Assembly (NCBI GenBank): GCA_964016885.1
Contig: OZ024743.1
Location: forward strand, 72,726,001 to 72,790,000
Origin: Eledone cirrhosa
Lineage: Eukaryota
Length of the DNA stretch: 64,000 nt
Direction of reading: 5' to 3'
The translations under genes and the position numbers were made by a program. The notes below the pieces were generated by a model. That model was not told the origin of the DNA. It saw nothing but the letters and a program-made list of their open reading frames with translations, and did not search any database. Shown piece by piece: positions 63,382-64,000 of the stretch; within the stretch, counting starts at the first letter, position 1, and each line of letters starts with the position of its first letter.

Positions 63382-63754
63382 ATTTCATTTCTCACTCTTA
63401 ATATGCATAAGGAAAGTATATACATTCAAACGTTCAATCGACCGACAGTAAGGTATACGGTGCTGATGATAGTTAATAAGCTAGAAACTACTTCATCGTT
63501 CCTTTGTCATTGTTGAACAAAAGGGCAACGATAGTTGCCGAACACTATACGACTTAATTCGGGCTGTTTGTTTAAAACAAATCTAGCATTATAATAAATG
63601 TTCGATAAACCCATACGTACATATATATATGTGCATGTATGTATGTATATACATACTACTGTACGTCTGTATACATATATGTATGTACGTATACATACTT
63701 ATATTTAAGTATCAGCCGTACTAAGACTGAGAAATGAAATTTCATTTTTTCCAT
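63382..63754 (+). mobile_element. Family H1 copy with short 5' inversion
   Basis: atttcatttctcactctta is inverted relative to the 3' end; hammerhead at 63457-63499 with mutated stem III. Confidence 0.8.
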
Positions 63755-63783
63755 GTACATATGTATGTATATATAGGTGTATG

Positions 63784-63816
<33 letters not shown>

Positions 63817-64000
63817 GTGTATATAGTAATAATAATAAATGTGAAGACTAAACTTCAAAGAGGGCTCGAGCAATACTTTGCTTAAACTTTAATCTGTTAT
63901 TTTAATAAATAGATAAACATATATATATATATATATATACATGTATCTGCATGTATTTGTGTGTGTGTGTGTGTTGTGTGTGTGTGTGTCTCTGTGTGTG

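Overview
AT-rich, microsatellite-dense animal DNA. The SINE/LINE repertoire suggests a cephalopod, probably Octopus (inference). No intact host gene can be supported. The left part (1-27.8 kb) is a pile-up of non-LTR retrotransposons joined at (AAT)n tracts: two minus-strand Tx1/L1-type LINEs and several copies or fragments of two R4/Dong-like families, including an 841-aa in-frame chimera. The right part (27.9-64 kb) is mostly (TA)n/(CA)n/(CT)n tracts, tRNA-derived SINEs, RTE/CRE fragments and Penelope-like (GIY-YIG) remnants. The main unexplained signal is roughly 20 type-I hammerhead-ribozyme motifs from about ten unrelated short non-coding element families, found by reading the sequence. 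They sit in (TA)n tracts as tandem monomers or fold-back palindromes. Most have a palindromic stem III, two families have a U3-A8 core, and three have very long stem II insertions. This looks like a diverse set of non-autonomous, Penelope-mobilised retrozyme-like elements. All structures were paired by eye; no folding or database search was run.
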